A stretch of 64,000 nucleotides of DNA from an uncultured Actinomycetota bacterium (lineage in GTDB: Bacteria > Actinomycetota > Actinomycetes > Propionibacteriales > Nocardioidaceae): positions 23,340 to 87,339 of the forward strand of contig CAVSIQ010000009.1 of the NCBI GenBank assembly GCA_963728085.1, given 5' to 3'. This document shows, piece after piece, positions 1 through 11,654 of this stretch; the stretch's first letter is position 1, and each line of letters opens with the position of its first letter. The notes below the pieces were generated by a model. The model had not been told where the DNA came from and did no database searches. It was given only the letters and a program-made list of their open reading frames with translations. Position numbers and translations under genes: made by a program.

Positions 1-332
1 TCCTCGGGCATGTCGCCCGGCTGGGGTTCGCGGTCGCGATCCACGTCGACTCCGAGATCTTCCTGGCCGACGAGGTGCTCGCGGTGGGGGACAAGCCGTT
101 CAAGAAGAAGTGCCTCGAACGGATGGAGGAGGTGCGCGACTGCGGCGGACGCTGTTCTACGTCTGTCACGCCGCCGGCTCGGTGCGGCGGATGTGCAACC
201 GGGTGATCATCCTGGAGAAGGGCCGGCTCGGCTTCGACGGTGACGTCAACGAGGGCATCCGCTCCTCAAGTACGACGACGAGAAGGCGGAACGAGGAGCG
301 CTTCGACGAGGACGCTCGGCGCCGACATCTGA
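1..332 (+). CDS. ABC transporter ATP-binding protein, Wzt/TagH-type polysaccharide/teichoic acid export (3' part, frameshifted)
   Basis: Manual translation gives [43 protein letters not shown] (signature + Walker B 'DEVLAVGD' typical of Wzt), then ..[22 protein letters not shown]; reading frame shifts. Confidence 0.85.
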
Positions 333-511
333 GCGGAGGTGACGGCGTCCGGTCCGAGCCCGCGGCGCGACGGACGCTCGACGACGTGGGCCGCGGCGCG
401 TCGAGTGGAATTACAGCTCTTGTAGTTACGACGGGTCCTTCCGGCCGGTGTGACGGGTGTGACAGTTGCGTGCTCGTGTGACTCTTCCCCACCGCACTGG
501 AGCAGCCCCCG

Positions 512-3284
512 ATGTCGTTCCGCCAGCCCGGGCCGTTTCGTCTCCGCTTGCCAGCAGCTGCTGGTGCTCGGCGGCGGTGGTCGCCGTCCTCACCCCGGCG
601 GCCAGCGTGATCAGCCTCGACGTGGTGCGCGAGGGCGCCGCCCCTGCGGCGCCCGGCACGCTGGCGACCCGGGCGGCTCGCGCGTCGCCCAGGACGCCAC
701 CGCGCAGGTGCCCACCGCCGCGGTCGACGCCGAGGTCGCCGAGTACCAGCTCACCGCCCCGTCGACCGGCCGCACGGCCCTGCGTGCCGCGGTCGCAGGA
801 GCCTCCGGCGGGGCGCGCCGTGACCGGCCGCACCGGTGCGGCCGCGGTGGTCAGCGACCCGCTCGCGGTCGACGGGTTACGGCACCGTCGGTGTCACCTG
901 GGGCGCCGGTGCGGACCTCGACGAGGGCGAGATCTCCGTGCGAGGTGCGCACCGCCGAGGACGGCGAGCTGGTCGTCGTGGAGCGAGGTGCCCTACGACG
1001 CCGACCACGCCCCCGACCCGGGACCGCCGAGGCCGCCGCCGCCCGTCCCGGCACCGACGCGCTGCTCGTCGGTGAGGTCGACCGGGTCCAGGTGCGGGTG
1101 GACTCCGAGGCGCCGCGCCGCCGACCGACCTGCGCCTGGCGGTCATCGAGCCGCGGCGAGCCGGTCGCCGACCGCCGAGCAGAGCGCCGCGATCGCGTCG
1201 CCGCCGCGGCCCCGACCACCAGCGGCCCGACCAGCGCCGTGTCGGCCCGCGCCACCTCGCTGAGCGCACCCCAGCCCACCATCTTCTCCCGCGCGCAGTG
1301 GGGCGCCGACGAGCGGATGCGCAGCGCGGGGTCGTTGCGCTACGGCACGGTCGAGGCCGGGTTCGTGCACCACACCGTGAACACCAACGCCTACACCCGC
1401 GACGACGTGCCGGGCATCCTGCGCAGCATCTACGCCTACCACACGCGCTCGCTGGGCTGGAGCGACATCGGCTACAACTTCCTCGTCGACCGCTTCGGCC
1501 GGATCTGGGAGGGCCGCTACGGCGGCGTCACCCGCGCCCGGTCGTCGGTGCGCACACCTACGGCTACAACGACGACGCCTTCGCGATGTCCGCGATCGGC
1601 AACTTCGAGACCACGACGCCGTCCCCGGCGATGATCGGCGCCTACGGCGCCCTGTTCGCCTGGAAGCTCGGCCTGCACGGGGTCGACGCCTCCTCGATGC
1701 GCCAGCAGGTCGGGTCCCGGGTGCTGCCGGCCATCAACGGCCACCGCGACGTCGGCGCCACCGCCTGCCCCGGGATCAACCTGTACGACCGGATCGCCGA
1801 CATCCGACGCCTGGCGGTCGCGGCCCAGACCGGGTCGACCTCGCCCGCGCCCCCGCCCGCCCCCTCCCGCGGCGGCACGCGTCGCGGTGACCAGCCTCGA
1901 CTCCGACCTCGTCGGCGACGCCTACCCCGACGTCGTCCTGCGGCGGCGCAGCGACGGGCGCGCCGTCGTCCTGCCCACCGGCGGGCTCACCACGCTCCGG
2001 GCGCCCCGCGCCCTGCCGACCGAGCTGTCCGCGTGGCCCGAGGTGCTGGCCTCGCCCGACCTGAGTGGCGACGGCCTCGGGGACCTCGTCCTGCGCCGCA
2101 CCGACGGCACCACCGCGATCGCCACGGGCCGCGGCGCCGGCGCGTTCTCCTCCCCGGTCCCGGTCTCGTCGGGTCCCCGGGCGCGCCACGAGCTGCTCAC
2201 CGCGATCGGCGACGTCGACGGCGACGGACGCGGCGACCTCGCGGCGCGGGTGCGCGGGACCTCACGGCTCTCGATCTTCCACGGCGACGGCGCAGGGGGG
2301 TTCCGCACGACCACGCTGCGACGCGGGTGGGGACGCTACGACCTCGTGCTCGGGGCCGGCGACCTGACCGGCGACGGCCGCCCGGACCTGCTCGCCCGCT
2401 CGCGCGACGGCCGGATGTTCAGCTACGCCGGCGAGCGCGGCGGCCGGTTCGCCGGGCGCGCGCCCGTGTGGGGCGGCCCCAACGCGACCTGGGCGGGCAT
2501 GGACCAGATCGCCGCCGGCGGGGACATGACCGGGGACGGCAAGGCCGACCTCGTCGTGCGCCGCGCCCGCGACGGTGCCGGGTTCGTCCTGCCCGGCACG
2601 GGCCGCGCCCAGTTCGGCCGCGGCCTCGGCCCGCTGGCCAAGGCCGAGCCGCTGCGCTCGATGAGCGGCGGCGTCCAGGTCGGCGCCGGGCCGGCGCCGG
2701 ACCTCCTGGCGCGTCGCGCCGGCCGGCTGGTCTGGCTGCCGAACGCGGGCACGGTCGAGACCGGGTCCCTGGTCGAGACGGGGGTCGACGCCTCGCGCGC
2801 CGGCGTGCTGCTCAACGCCGGCGACTGGGACCGCGACGGCCACGGCGACCTGCTCACCCGGACCGGGGGGGTGCTCGGGCTGCACCGCGGCGACGGACGC
2901 GGCGGGTTCGCCCCGCCCGTCGTGCTGGGCTCCGGCCTGGCGCGCCTCGACGACCTCGCGGTGGTCGGCGACGTCACCGGGGACGGCTGGCCCGACCTCG
3001 CGGCCGTTCCCGGCGACGGCACCACGCGGATCTATCCCGGCCACGGCACCTCCGCCCTCGGCGCGGCCGGGGCGGCCGTCGTCCTGGTGCGCGACGGTGA
3101 CCGGGCCGACCTGCGTGGCTACGACTGGGCCGTGCCCGTGGAGGACCTGCGCCGCTCGGGCGTGCCCGACCTGGTCGCCCGCGACGCCGCGGGCCGCCTG
3201 TGGGTGCTGCCGGTGACCAGCCGGGGCGTGGGGGAGCGGCGCTACCTCGCCGACGGCCTGCTCGGCTACGACGTCGTCGGGTAG
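512..3284 (+). CDS. Secreted N-acetylmuramoyl-L-alanine amidase (PGRP/Amidase_2) with C-terminal FG-GAP/VCBS repeats (frameshifted)
   Basis: IFSRAQWGADE, VHHTVN, WSDIGYNFLVDRFGRIWEGR, GHRDVGATACPG across ORFs 450/1298; repeated GDLTGDGRPDL/GDVDGDGRGDL in ORF 1887-3284; GGAG RBS before ATG 512. Confidence 0.8.
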
Positions 3285-4003
3285 CGGGCCGTGGCCCGCT
3301 CGGCAGCCCCGATCGCGTCGAGCCGCTGCGGGGTGGCCCCGACGACGAGGACCAGCGAGCCCCCGCGGGCCAGCGCCTCGGTGAAGCAGCCCGCGCCGGG
3401 CGCCGAGGCCGGGTCGGCCGTGGTGAGCAGGCGGCCTCCGTCGCCGAGGAGACCCCCGGCCGCGGCCGCGGCCCACAGCCGGGCCTGGGTGGTGCTCCTC
3501 CCGCCCGCCGCGACGGCGACGTCGTCCTCGCCCGGCGGGTCGGCCGGGGTGAAGGCGTCGGGCTGACCCCACACCTCGACCCCGACGTCGTGCACGTGCG
3601 CAGGCAGCGGCTCGGCGAAGCGCACGCCCAGCGGCAGCAGCGAGCAGGCGAGGACGGGCACCTCCGCGGCCCGGTCGGCCCACCGCGCCACGCTCTCGGG
3701 CCCGCACACGACGGCGTCGACCTGGTCGACCTCGTCGGCGTCGGTGAGCACGAGGCCGGCCGTCCAGGCCGCGCCGGCGAAGACCGCGCCCAGCCAGTGC
3801 GGCGGCAGGTCGACGCGCAGGCGGTCGCCCCGGGCGAGGTCGTGCTCCTCGCACAGCAGCGAGGCGGTCTTGGCCACCCAGTTGGCGTAGGTCGTGGCGG
3901 AGAGCTCGACGCGCTCGCCGGTGTGTTCGTCGTAGAAGGTGATCAGCGGGCGCCCGGGGTCGCCGGAGACGCTGTGGGCCAGGACGGTGCTGAAGGTTGC
4001 CAT
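3266..4003 (-). CDS. TIGR03089 family protein (acyl-CoA synthetase N-terminal-like)
   Basis: PLITFYDEHTGERVELSATTYANWVAKTASLL, LPPHW motifs; usual neighbour of manC. Confidence 0.85.
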   Translation of the reverse strand: MATFSTVLAHSVSGDPGRPLITFYDEHTGERVELSATTYANWVAKTASLLCEEHDLARGDRLRVDLPPHWLGAVFAGAAWTAGLVLTDADEVDQVDAVVCGPESVARWADRAAEVPVLACSLLPLGVRFAEPLPAHVHDVGVEVWGQPDAFTPADPPGEDDVAVAAGGRSTTQARLWAAAAAGGLLGDGGRLLTTADPASAPGAGCFTEALARGGSLVLVVGATPQRLDAIGAAERATARYPTTS

Positions 4004-4062
4004 CGCACCCACCCTAGGTTCGCTCGCCCCCGCGCGGGCAGCGGGCGTCCTAGGCTGGCGCC

Positions 4063-5224
4063 ATGGTCAGCCCCCCGGCCCCGTCGGTCCCGCAGCCCTC
4101 CCCGTCGACCTCGGCACCCGCGGGGTCCGCCGCTGCGGGCCTCCCGCACTTCTGGGCGGTGGTGCCGGCCGGGGGAGCGGGCACCCGGCTGTGGCCGCTC
4201 TCGCGCCGGGCGGAGCCGAAGTTCCTGCGCGACGTCACCGGCGGCGGTCGCTCGCTGCTGCAGGCCACCTGCGACCGCCTGGTGCCGCTGGCCGCGGACC
4301 GGTTCCTGGTCGTCACCGGGGCGGCGCACCGTGAGGCGGTCGCCGCCCAGCTCGAGGGCCTCGGGCGCGACGCGGTGCTGGTCGAGCCGTCGGCGCGCGA
4401 CTCGATGGCCGCGATCGGCCTCGCCGCGGCCCTGCTCGAGCGCCGCGACCCCGACGCGGTGATGGGCTCGTTCGCCGCCGACCACGTGATCGGCGACGAC
4501 GGACGCGTTCCGTGCGGCCGTCGCCACCGCCGTCGAGGTCGCCCGCCGCGACCGGCTGGTCACGATCGGGATCGAGCCCACCCACGCCTCCACCGCCTTC
4601 GGCTACGTCCGCCTCGGCGCGGCCCTCGGGGCCGTGCCGGGCGCCCACGACGTCGAGGCGTTCGTCGAGAAGCCGGCCGAGGACGTCGCGCGTGCCTACC
4701 TCGGCCACCGGTCGCTACCGCTGGAACGCGGGCATGTTCGTGGTGCGCCCCTCCGTGCTGCTGGACCTGCTGGCCAGCTTCCACCCGGGCTTCGCCGCCG
4801 ACCTGCGCGCGCTCGCGGCGACGACGGCCCGGCCGGCGGCTCGAGCAGCGGTGGGACGCGCTGCCGCGGATCGCCCTGGACCACGCCGTGGCCGAGCCGG
4901 CGGCGGACGCGGGCGAGGTGGCGGTGGTGCCCGGCGATCCTTCGGCTGGGACGACGTGGGCGACTTCGACGCGCTCGCCGGGCTGCTGGAGCCGGGCGCC
5001 GGACGGGCTCGCGGGTGCTCGGCGACGCCGATCTGGTGCGCGGCGGTGGACGCCACCGGCCTGGTCGTCGCGGGCGCCGGGCGGGCCGTGGTGGTCCTCG
5101 GGGTGGCCGACGTGGTCGTCGTCGACACCCCCGACGCGCTGCTGGTCACCACGCGAGCGCGCGCGCAGGAGGTCAAACGGGCCGTCGGTCGCTGCAGGCC
5201 GAGGGGCGGGCCGACCTCACCTGA
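4063..5224 (+). CDS. manC: Mannose-1-phosphate guanylyltransferase (frameshifted)
   Basis: [50 protein letters not shown] spread over three frames. Confidence 0.88.
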
Positions 5225-5263
5225 CCCGCGTCGCGGCGTGTCGGGCACAGCAGCGGCCGGGGC

Positions 5264-6016
5264 TCACATGGCGTTGGGCTCGGGGGAGTCGATGTAGGGG
5301 TAGTCGTCCATGAAGGTACTCCAGGGCGGCGCCGCTGAGCTGCGAGCAGTACTGCCAGACGCCCACCTGGCCTCGCCGTCGGTGTCGCCCTCGCCGCCGA
5401 CGGACCAGTGGGTCAGCGCGACGTGCTGGCCGTCGGGGAAGGGCTCGCCGTCCTCGGAGGTCCACGGCACGGCCTTGAACTTGTCGCGGTAGTTGTCGGT
5501 GCCCTCGAACTTCGAGGCCATGCGCGCGCAGCTGGTCATCTGCGTCGGCGTCGTCGGCGATGGTCTCGTCGTACCAGAGGAAGGTGTAGCCGTGCTCGAG
5601 GTTGTGCACGAGCGCTCCGAGCTCGGGACGGTCGTCGGCGGTGTAGAGCTTGCGGTCATGCGCGGTCCCGGCGACGTTCCAGTGCGGGCCGAAGGCCGGC
5701 GGGGCCTCGGGGTAGGTGATCGGGGTGCCCTCGGGCACGTGGTCCTGGTTGCCCTCCGCCGTCTTCGTGGTGACGTCCTGGCAGACCGAGGCCGGCGCGC
5801 CGATCGTGGCGAGCGCGAGCGTCGGAGAACTGGCGCAGGTCGCACCAGTTCTTGACCGGCTTGTAGGCGGCCGCGCCGACGATGAGCCAGGGCCACGACG
5901 ACGCACACGCCGACGATGACGCAGCCCGCGGCGCTTCTCGGCGCCGCGCTGCTTCTTGCCATCGCGTCGATGCCGGCCTGGCGGTCGGTCTGGGCGGGCT
6001 TGCTGGACTTGGCCAC
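5264..6016 (-). CDS. DUF3105 domain membrane protein (frameshifted)
   Basis: N-terminal TM; [40 protein letters not shown]. Confidence 0.8.
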   Translation of the reverse strand: MAKSSKPAQTDRQAGIDAMARSSAAPRSAAGCVIVGVCVVVALAHRRRGRLQAGQELVRPAPVLRRSRSPRSARRPRSARTSPRRRRRATRTTCPRAPRSPTPRPRRPSARTGTSPGPRMTASSTPPTTVPSSERSCTTSSTATPSSGTTRPSPTTPTQMTSCARMASKFEGTDNYRDKFKAVPWTSEDGEPFPDGQHVALTHWSVGGEGDTDGEARWASGSTARSSAAPPWSTFMDDYPYIDSPEPNAM

Positions 6017-6094
6017 GGTGCGGGTTCCTCGATGTCTGTCGGGGGCGTCGCGCGGGAGGCGCGGGGATGCGGCTGCGCGACGGGTCGCCGGAGT

Positions 6095-7083
6095 CTACGG
6101 AGTCGCGCAGCGGGCGGAGCACTGAGCGTCGGCCCGGGCGGCCCCCGTCGGTCGAGCGCCACCCGTGGGCGAAGGCCAGACGGCCACCCGCGGTCCGGTG
6201 TCCGCGGCGCAGGCGACGGCTCGCTCGGGCGACACGCACCGCGCCGCGTCCGGCGTCGGCGAGGTCGAGGGTCCTCGCGCGAGCACCGCGACGAGGGAGG
6301 TCGGCGTCCGGGGCGGCCGCCGAACGGGCGCCGCGTCCTCGGGCCGGCCGCGCAGCGCGCGCACGACGGCCTCGCGCGGCCCCGAGCCGAACAGGTCGCC
6401 GCCCTCGGGCCGCACCAGCGCACGCGCGCCGGGGCCGTCCTCGCCGGGCGGCAGCACGAGGTCGGCGCGGCCGCGCACGCACCGCGAACGGGCGGGCGCC
6501 GAGCTTGCCCTGCGCCAGCTCGGCCGCGCCGGCGAGCTCGTCGGCCACGGCCGGGGCGGTGACGGCGAGCCGGTTGCCGTGGGCGTCGACGCGGCCCGCG
6601 AAGTCCTCGGGGACCACGAGGCCGGCGGCGCCGATCGCGATGTCGGTCTGGCCCTCGCGCCAGGCCCGGCCGGCGGTGTCGGTGACGACGACGGCGACGT
6701 TGCGCCCGGTGCGCTCGCGGACCGGCGCGCGCAGCGCGCGGGCGCTGGCGTCGGGGTCGACGGGCAGCAGCACGACCGGCCGCGGGTCGACGTTGGAGGC
6801 GTCGATGCCGGCGGCGGCCAGGGTGAGGCCCGTGGTGGGTGCGCACGATGCGGGTCGGCCCCGCGCCGGGCGACGACCCGCGCGGTCTCGCCGTCGAGGC
6901 GCTCCTCGCGCGGGCCGTCGGCCACGCGGCCCTCGGCCTTGCTGACGACCTTGCTCGTCACCACCACGACGTCGCCGTCGGCGAGCTCGACCAGCCGGCA
7001 GGACCAGCGCGAGCAGGTCGGCAAGGTCGGCGCCGCCTCCACCTCGGGCACGCCGTCGGGCGCGAGCACCTCCAGTCGGTCAC
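6095..7083 (-). CDS. cofE: Coenzyme F420-0:L-glutamate ligase (frameshifted)
   Basis: [56 protein letters not shown]; GTGA overlap with cofD stop. Confidence 0.88.
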
Positions 7084-8086
7084 GCGTCGAGCCCCGCCGC
7101 CGCGCCGAGGTCGACGAGGTCGAGCGCGGCGCGCGCCATGGCCGCGGTGGCGTCGAGGTCGGTCATCATCAGCGGGACCGCGCCGGCAGGTGAGCGCCGC
7201 CGGCCGCCACCCGGGCGACGTCGGCCTGCGTCGCGGGTGTCGACGAGCCAGGCGTCGAGCAGGCCGCCCGACGCCGCGGGCGCCGTAGTGCAGCCCGACG
7301 CCGGCCGCGCTCACCTCGACGTCGATCGGCCTCGAGCATCTGGCGCGCCATGCCGCGCACGTGGGTGCCGCCGACGATGGGGGACAGGCCGACCACGGGC
7401 GCGCGCGGTCGCGGCGCAGCGCGTCGCGGACGCCGGGCACGCCGAGGACCGTGCCGACGGAGACCACCGGGTTCGAGGGCGGCAGCAGCACGAGGTCGGC
7501 TGGCCGCGATCGCCTCGAGCACGCCGGGGGCGGGCGCGGCGGCGTCGAGCCCGACGAAGACCGACGACTCGGCGGGCACCTCGGCCCGCAGCCGGATCCA
7601 GTACTCCTGGAAGTGCACGACCCGGCGGCCGCTGGGCGCCCCGGGGTCGGCCACGACGACGTGGGTCTCGACCCGGTCGTCGCTCATCGGCAGCAGGCGC
7701 ACCCCCGGGCTGCCAGCGGCGGCACAGGGCCTCGGTGACCGCGGAGAGCGGGTAGCCGGCCTCCAGCATCTGCGTGCGCACCAGGTGGGTGGCCACGTCG
7801 CGGTCGCCGAGGCCGAACCAGGTGGGCTCCACGCCGTAGGCTGCGAGCTCCTCCTTGACGCTCCAGGTCTCCTCGCGCCGGCCCCAGCCCCGCTCGGCGT
7901 CGATGCCGTCCGCCCAGGGTGTACATCACGGTGTCGAGGTCCGGGCAGACCTTGAGGCCGTGCACCCACAGGTCGTCGGCGGTGTTGCGTCACGACCGTG
8001 ACCTCGGCCTCGGGCAGCAGGTGCCGCAGGCCCTGCAGGAAACGCGCCCCGCCGATGCCGCCCGAGAAAACGGTGATCTTAAACAT
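7080..8086 (-). CDS. cofD: 2-phospho-L-lactate transferase, F420 biosynthesis (frameshifted)
   Basis: [62 protein letters not shown]. Confidence 0.9.
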
Positions 8087-8132
8087 GGTTCCTCCCCCTG
8101 CCGGAGCCGTTTTGTGCATAGCAGATCCGGGC

Positions 8133-8164
8133 TTGACTTCCCGGGTACGACAGGCATGTAATTC
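8133..8164 (+). promoter_or_regulatory. Probable whiB promoter (TTGACT -35 ... TGTAAT/TAATTC -10 region)
   Basis: AT-richer intergenic stretch: TTGACT at 8133-8138 and TGTAATT at 8157-8163. Confidence 0.5.
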
Positions 8165-8255
8165 CCTCAGTGTCGTCCACGGTCGCCGAGCCCGGGGACG
8201 CGGGTCGTGCACCACGGACACCATCGAATTCTTCGGGATCGAAAGGGCGTACATC

Positions 8256-8511
8256 GTGAGAGAGCTGTTCCTGCTCGAACCGGGACGCCGACAGCGAAGG
8301 TTGGCAGGAGCGTGCCCTGTGCGCGCAGACGGACCCGGAGGCGTTCTTCCCCGAGAAGGGCGGCTCGACGCGGGAGGCCAAGAAGGTGTGCCTGACCTGC
8401 GACGTGCGCACCGAGTGCCTCGAGGCCGCCCTCGTCAACGACGAGCGGTTCGGCATCTGGGGCGGGCTGTCGGAGCGCGAGCGCCGGAAGCTCAAGAAGC
8501 GCGCGGTCTGA
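8256..8511 (+). CDS. whiB: WhiB family Fe-S transcription factor (WhiB/WhiB2 cell-division type; frameshift near N-terminus)
   Basis: WQERALCAQTDPEAFFPEKGGSTREAKKVCLTCDVRTECL..ERFGIWGGLSERERRKLKK. Confidence 0.92.
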
Positions 8512-8589
8512 CCTGCGACGCTGTCGCTCAGAGCGAGGTGAGCCCCGGCCGGGTCGGCCGGGGCTCCTCGCATTTGTACAGTCTCGTCC

Positions 8590-11500
8590 GTGACCACACC
8601 ACCCCTGCGGGCCCCCTCCGCCGTCCCCGGCGCCGGCCCGGGTGAGGTCGCCGTCCTGCTCGTCTGCCACGACGGCGAGCGCTGGCTGCCCGGCGTCCTC
8701 GACGCGCTCGAGGCCCTCGAGCCCCCCGGGCCGGCCGGTGTCGTCGTCGTCGACACCGGCAGCACCGACGCCGGCCCGGACCTCGTGCGCGCGGCGGGCC
8801 GGTCCGCCACGAGCGGTGTCCTGCGCGCGACGACCGTGCTGCCCGCCCTGCCGGGAGCGTCGTTCCCCGACGCCGTCCGGGCTGGTCTAGACCGACCTCG
8901 ACTCGCGCGTCACGCCCCCGGAGTGGGTGTGGCTGCTGCACGACGACGCCGCCCCCGCGCCGGGCGCGCTGCACGCCCTGCTGGCGGCGGCCGCGGCGCA
9001 CCCCGAGGCCGACCTGCTCGGTCCGAACCTGCGCGAGTGGCCCTCGCTGCGCCGCCTCCTCGAGGTCGGCGTCACCATCTCCGGCACCGGACGACGCGAG
9101 ACGGGGCCTGGAGCAGGGCGAGTACGACCAGGGTCAGCACGACGAGGTGCGCGAGGTGCTCGCGGTCAACACCGCGGGCCTGCTCGCCCGCCGTACCGCG
9201 CTGGAGGAGCTGGGCGGCCTCGAGCCCGCCCTGCCCGTCTTCGGCAACGACCTCGACCTCGGCTGGCGGGCCGCGGCGGCCGGGCGGACGACGCTCGTGG
9301 TGCCCCGCGCGGTGGTCTTCCACGCCGAGGCCGCGCACCGCGGCCTGCGGCGCACCCCGCTGACCGGCGCCCGGACGCACTTCCAGGAGCGCCGCGCCGC
9401 CCTGTGGACGCTGCTGGCCAACTCCCGCGGGGCGTTCCTGCCCCTGCAGGTCGTCCGCCTCGTGCTGGGCACGCTGCTGCGCACGCTCGGCCTGCTGCTG
9501 GTGCGGGCCCCCGGCGCGGCCGTGGACGAGGTCGCGGCCCTCGCCTCGGTGCTCGTCCGTCCCGGCGAGCTGCGCGCCGCTCGCCGGCGTCGACGCGAGG
9601 CGCGCGGTGGCGCCGGACCCGACCAGGCCCGCGTGCGCCGCCTGCTCGCCCCGCCCTGGCTGCCCTACCGGCACGGCCTCGACGCCCTCGGCGACGCGGC
9701 CGCCGCGCTGGGCGAGCACGCCAGCGACGTCGCCGAGCGCCGCCGGCTGGCCGCCGCCGAGCGCGATCCCTCCTCGCTGGCCGCCCGACGGGTGGCCCAC
9801 GACGACGGGCGCGACGACCTCGACGACCCCGGACTGCTGACCCGGGTGGTCACCAGCCCCGTCGCCCTGCTGCTCGTGCTCGTCATGGTGGCCCTGCTCG
9901 TCGCCGCGCGGGCCGGTCTGGGCACCGTGGTCGGGGGGGCGCTCTCGCCGGCCCCGGACTCCGCGGGCCGCTGGTGGTCCCTGCGCGCTGGAGTCCTGGC
10001 ACGAGCTGGGCCAGGGCACCGCCGTGCCCGCGCCCCCCGGCGTGCTGCCGCTGGCCGTGCTGGGCTCGGTGCTGACGGCCCGGCCGGGGCGGTCTCGGCC
10101 CTGATGCTGCTCAGCGCGCCGCTGGCGCTCGGGGCGTCGTGGCGCCTGCTGCGGCGTGGTCGGCCGCCTCGTCGACCCCCGCGGGCTGTCGCGCTGGCTG
10201 CTCCTGCTCGGGGCCGACGACCTACGCGCTGGTGCCGCTGAGTCAGCGGAGCGTGGGGCGGTGGACGGATCGGGGTGGTGGTCTCCGCGGCGCTGCTCCC
10301 GCTCGCGGCCCACGCCGCCCTGGGGCTCGCCGACCCCGACCCCGGGGGCGACCGGCGGTGGCGCGCCGCCTGGCGGACGGGCCTGCTGCTGACCCTCGTG
10401 GTCGCCGCCACGCCGGCCGCCTACGGGTTCGCGGCGCTGCTCGCGGTGTGCGCGGTGCCGGCCGCGCTCGTCCTCGGTGCCGACCGCGCGACGGGCCGGT
10501 CCCGCTCGGCCTGGGCGCCGCCGCTGGCCGCGCTGGGCGTCCCGCCGGTGCTGCTCTGCGCCTGGTGGGTGCCGCTGCTCACCCAGGACGCCGGCGCCGG
10601 CCTGCTCCTGGACCTCGGCCGCCCGGGCACGGGGACCGAGGCGGCGGGCGGCCCGGCCCTGGTGCTCGGCCGGCTCGGCGACGGCGCCGCGCTCGGCGCC
10701 CCCGCCTGGCTGGGGGCGGTGCTGCTGGTGCTGGCCGTGCTCGCGCTGGTGCCGCCCGCGACCCGGCGGGCCGTCCTGGCCTGCTGGGGCGTGGGTCTGG
10801 CCGCGGCCCTGAGCGCGCTCGCGCTCTCGCTGGTGCCGCTGAGCCTGGGCGAGAGCCCGGTCGCCGCCGATCTCGGCGTGCTCCTCGTGTCCTGGCAGGG
10901 CTGCCTGGTCCTCGCCGCGGTGCTCGGCGGCCACGGCCTGCTGCTCGCGCTCGACGGCTCCCGCCGGACCGGCCCGACCGGCCCGACCGGCCCGACCGGG
11001 ACGACGGGTCGCCGCCGGGCCGTCACGCGCACCGCCGCGGCGGTCGTCGCGGTGGCGGCGGTGGCGGTGCCGCTGGGCGGGCTCGCCTGGGCCGTCGTGG
11101 GCGCCGGGGAGGACCTCGGCGACACGGGGGCCAGCGACGTCCCCGCCTACATGGTGCAGAGCGCGATGACCGGCCCCGAGCACGGCGTGCTGGTCCTGCG
11201 CGGCTCCCTGGACGCGGGCCTCGACTACACCGTCCTGCGCGGCGACGGCACGACGCTGGGCGAGGACCAGGTGCTGGCGCTGGCCGCGGAGGACGACGCG
11301 CTCACCGCCGACGTCACCGCGCTGGTCTCCCGGCCCCGCCCGGCGCTGGTGGCCCGCCTCGCCGCCGCCGGCGTGGAGTACGTCGTGATGCCCGCCCCGG
11401 CCGACGGCCGGGTCGCCGCCGGCCTCGACGCCACCGCCGGCCTGACCCGCGCCAGCGCCGAGGATCGCGCCACCCGGGCCTGGCAGGTCGAGGCGCCGCT

Positions 11501-11654
11501 CGACGCCGCTGCCGTCGCGGGCTCCGGGCCGGCATCGCGGCCCGCGCTGCTCGCCCTCGAGCTCGTCGCGCTCGTCGTGGTGCTGGTGCTCGCTGCGCCG
11601 ACCGCCCGCAGACCCACATCGGCGACCACCACCGGACGGAGGGTGCGCGGATGA
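8590..11654 (+). CDS. GT2 glycosyltransferase fused to a large multi-TM domain (frameshifted)
   Basis: LLVCHDGERWL, VDTGSTD, WLLHDD, FGNDLDLGWRA, then many hydrophobic helices; conserved position downstream of whiB. Confidence 0.8.

Noticed and set aside
1-10300. Mass pseudogenisation or programmed frameshifting of manC, cofD/E, whiB, amidase and GT2
   Set aside because: Indels hit every gene including normally essential whiB, motifs remain intact, and no slippery-site pattern is apparent. This best fits sequence error near a contig end.
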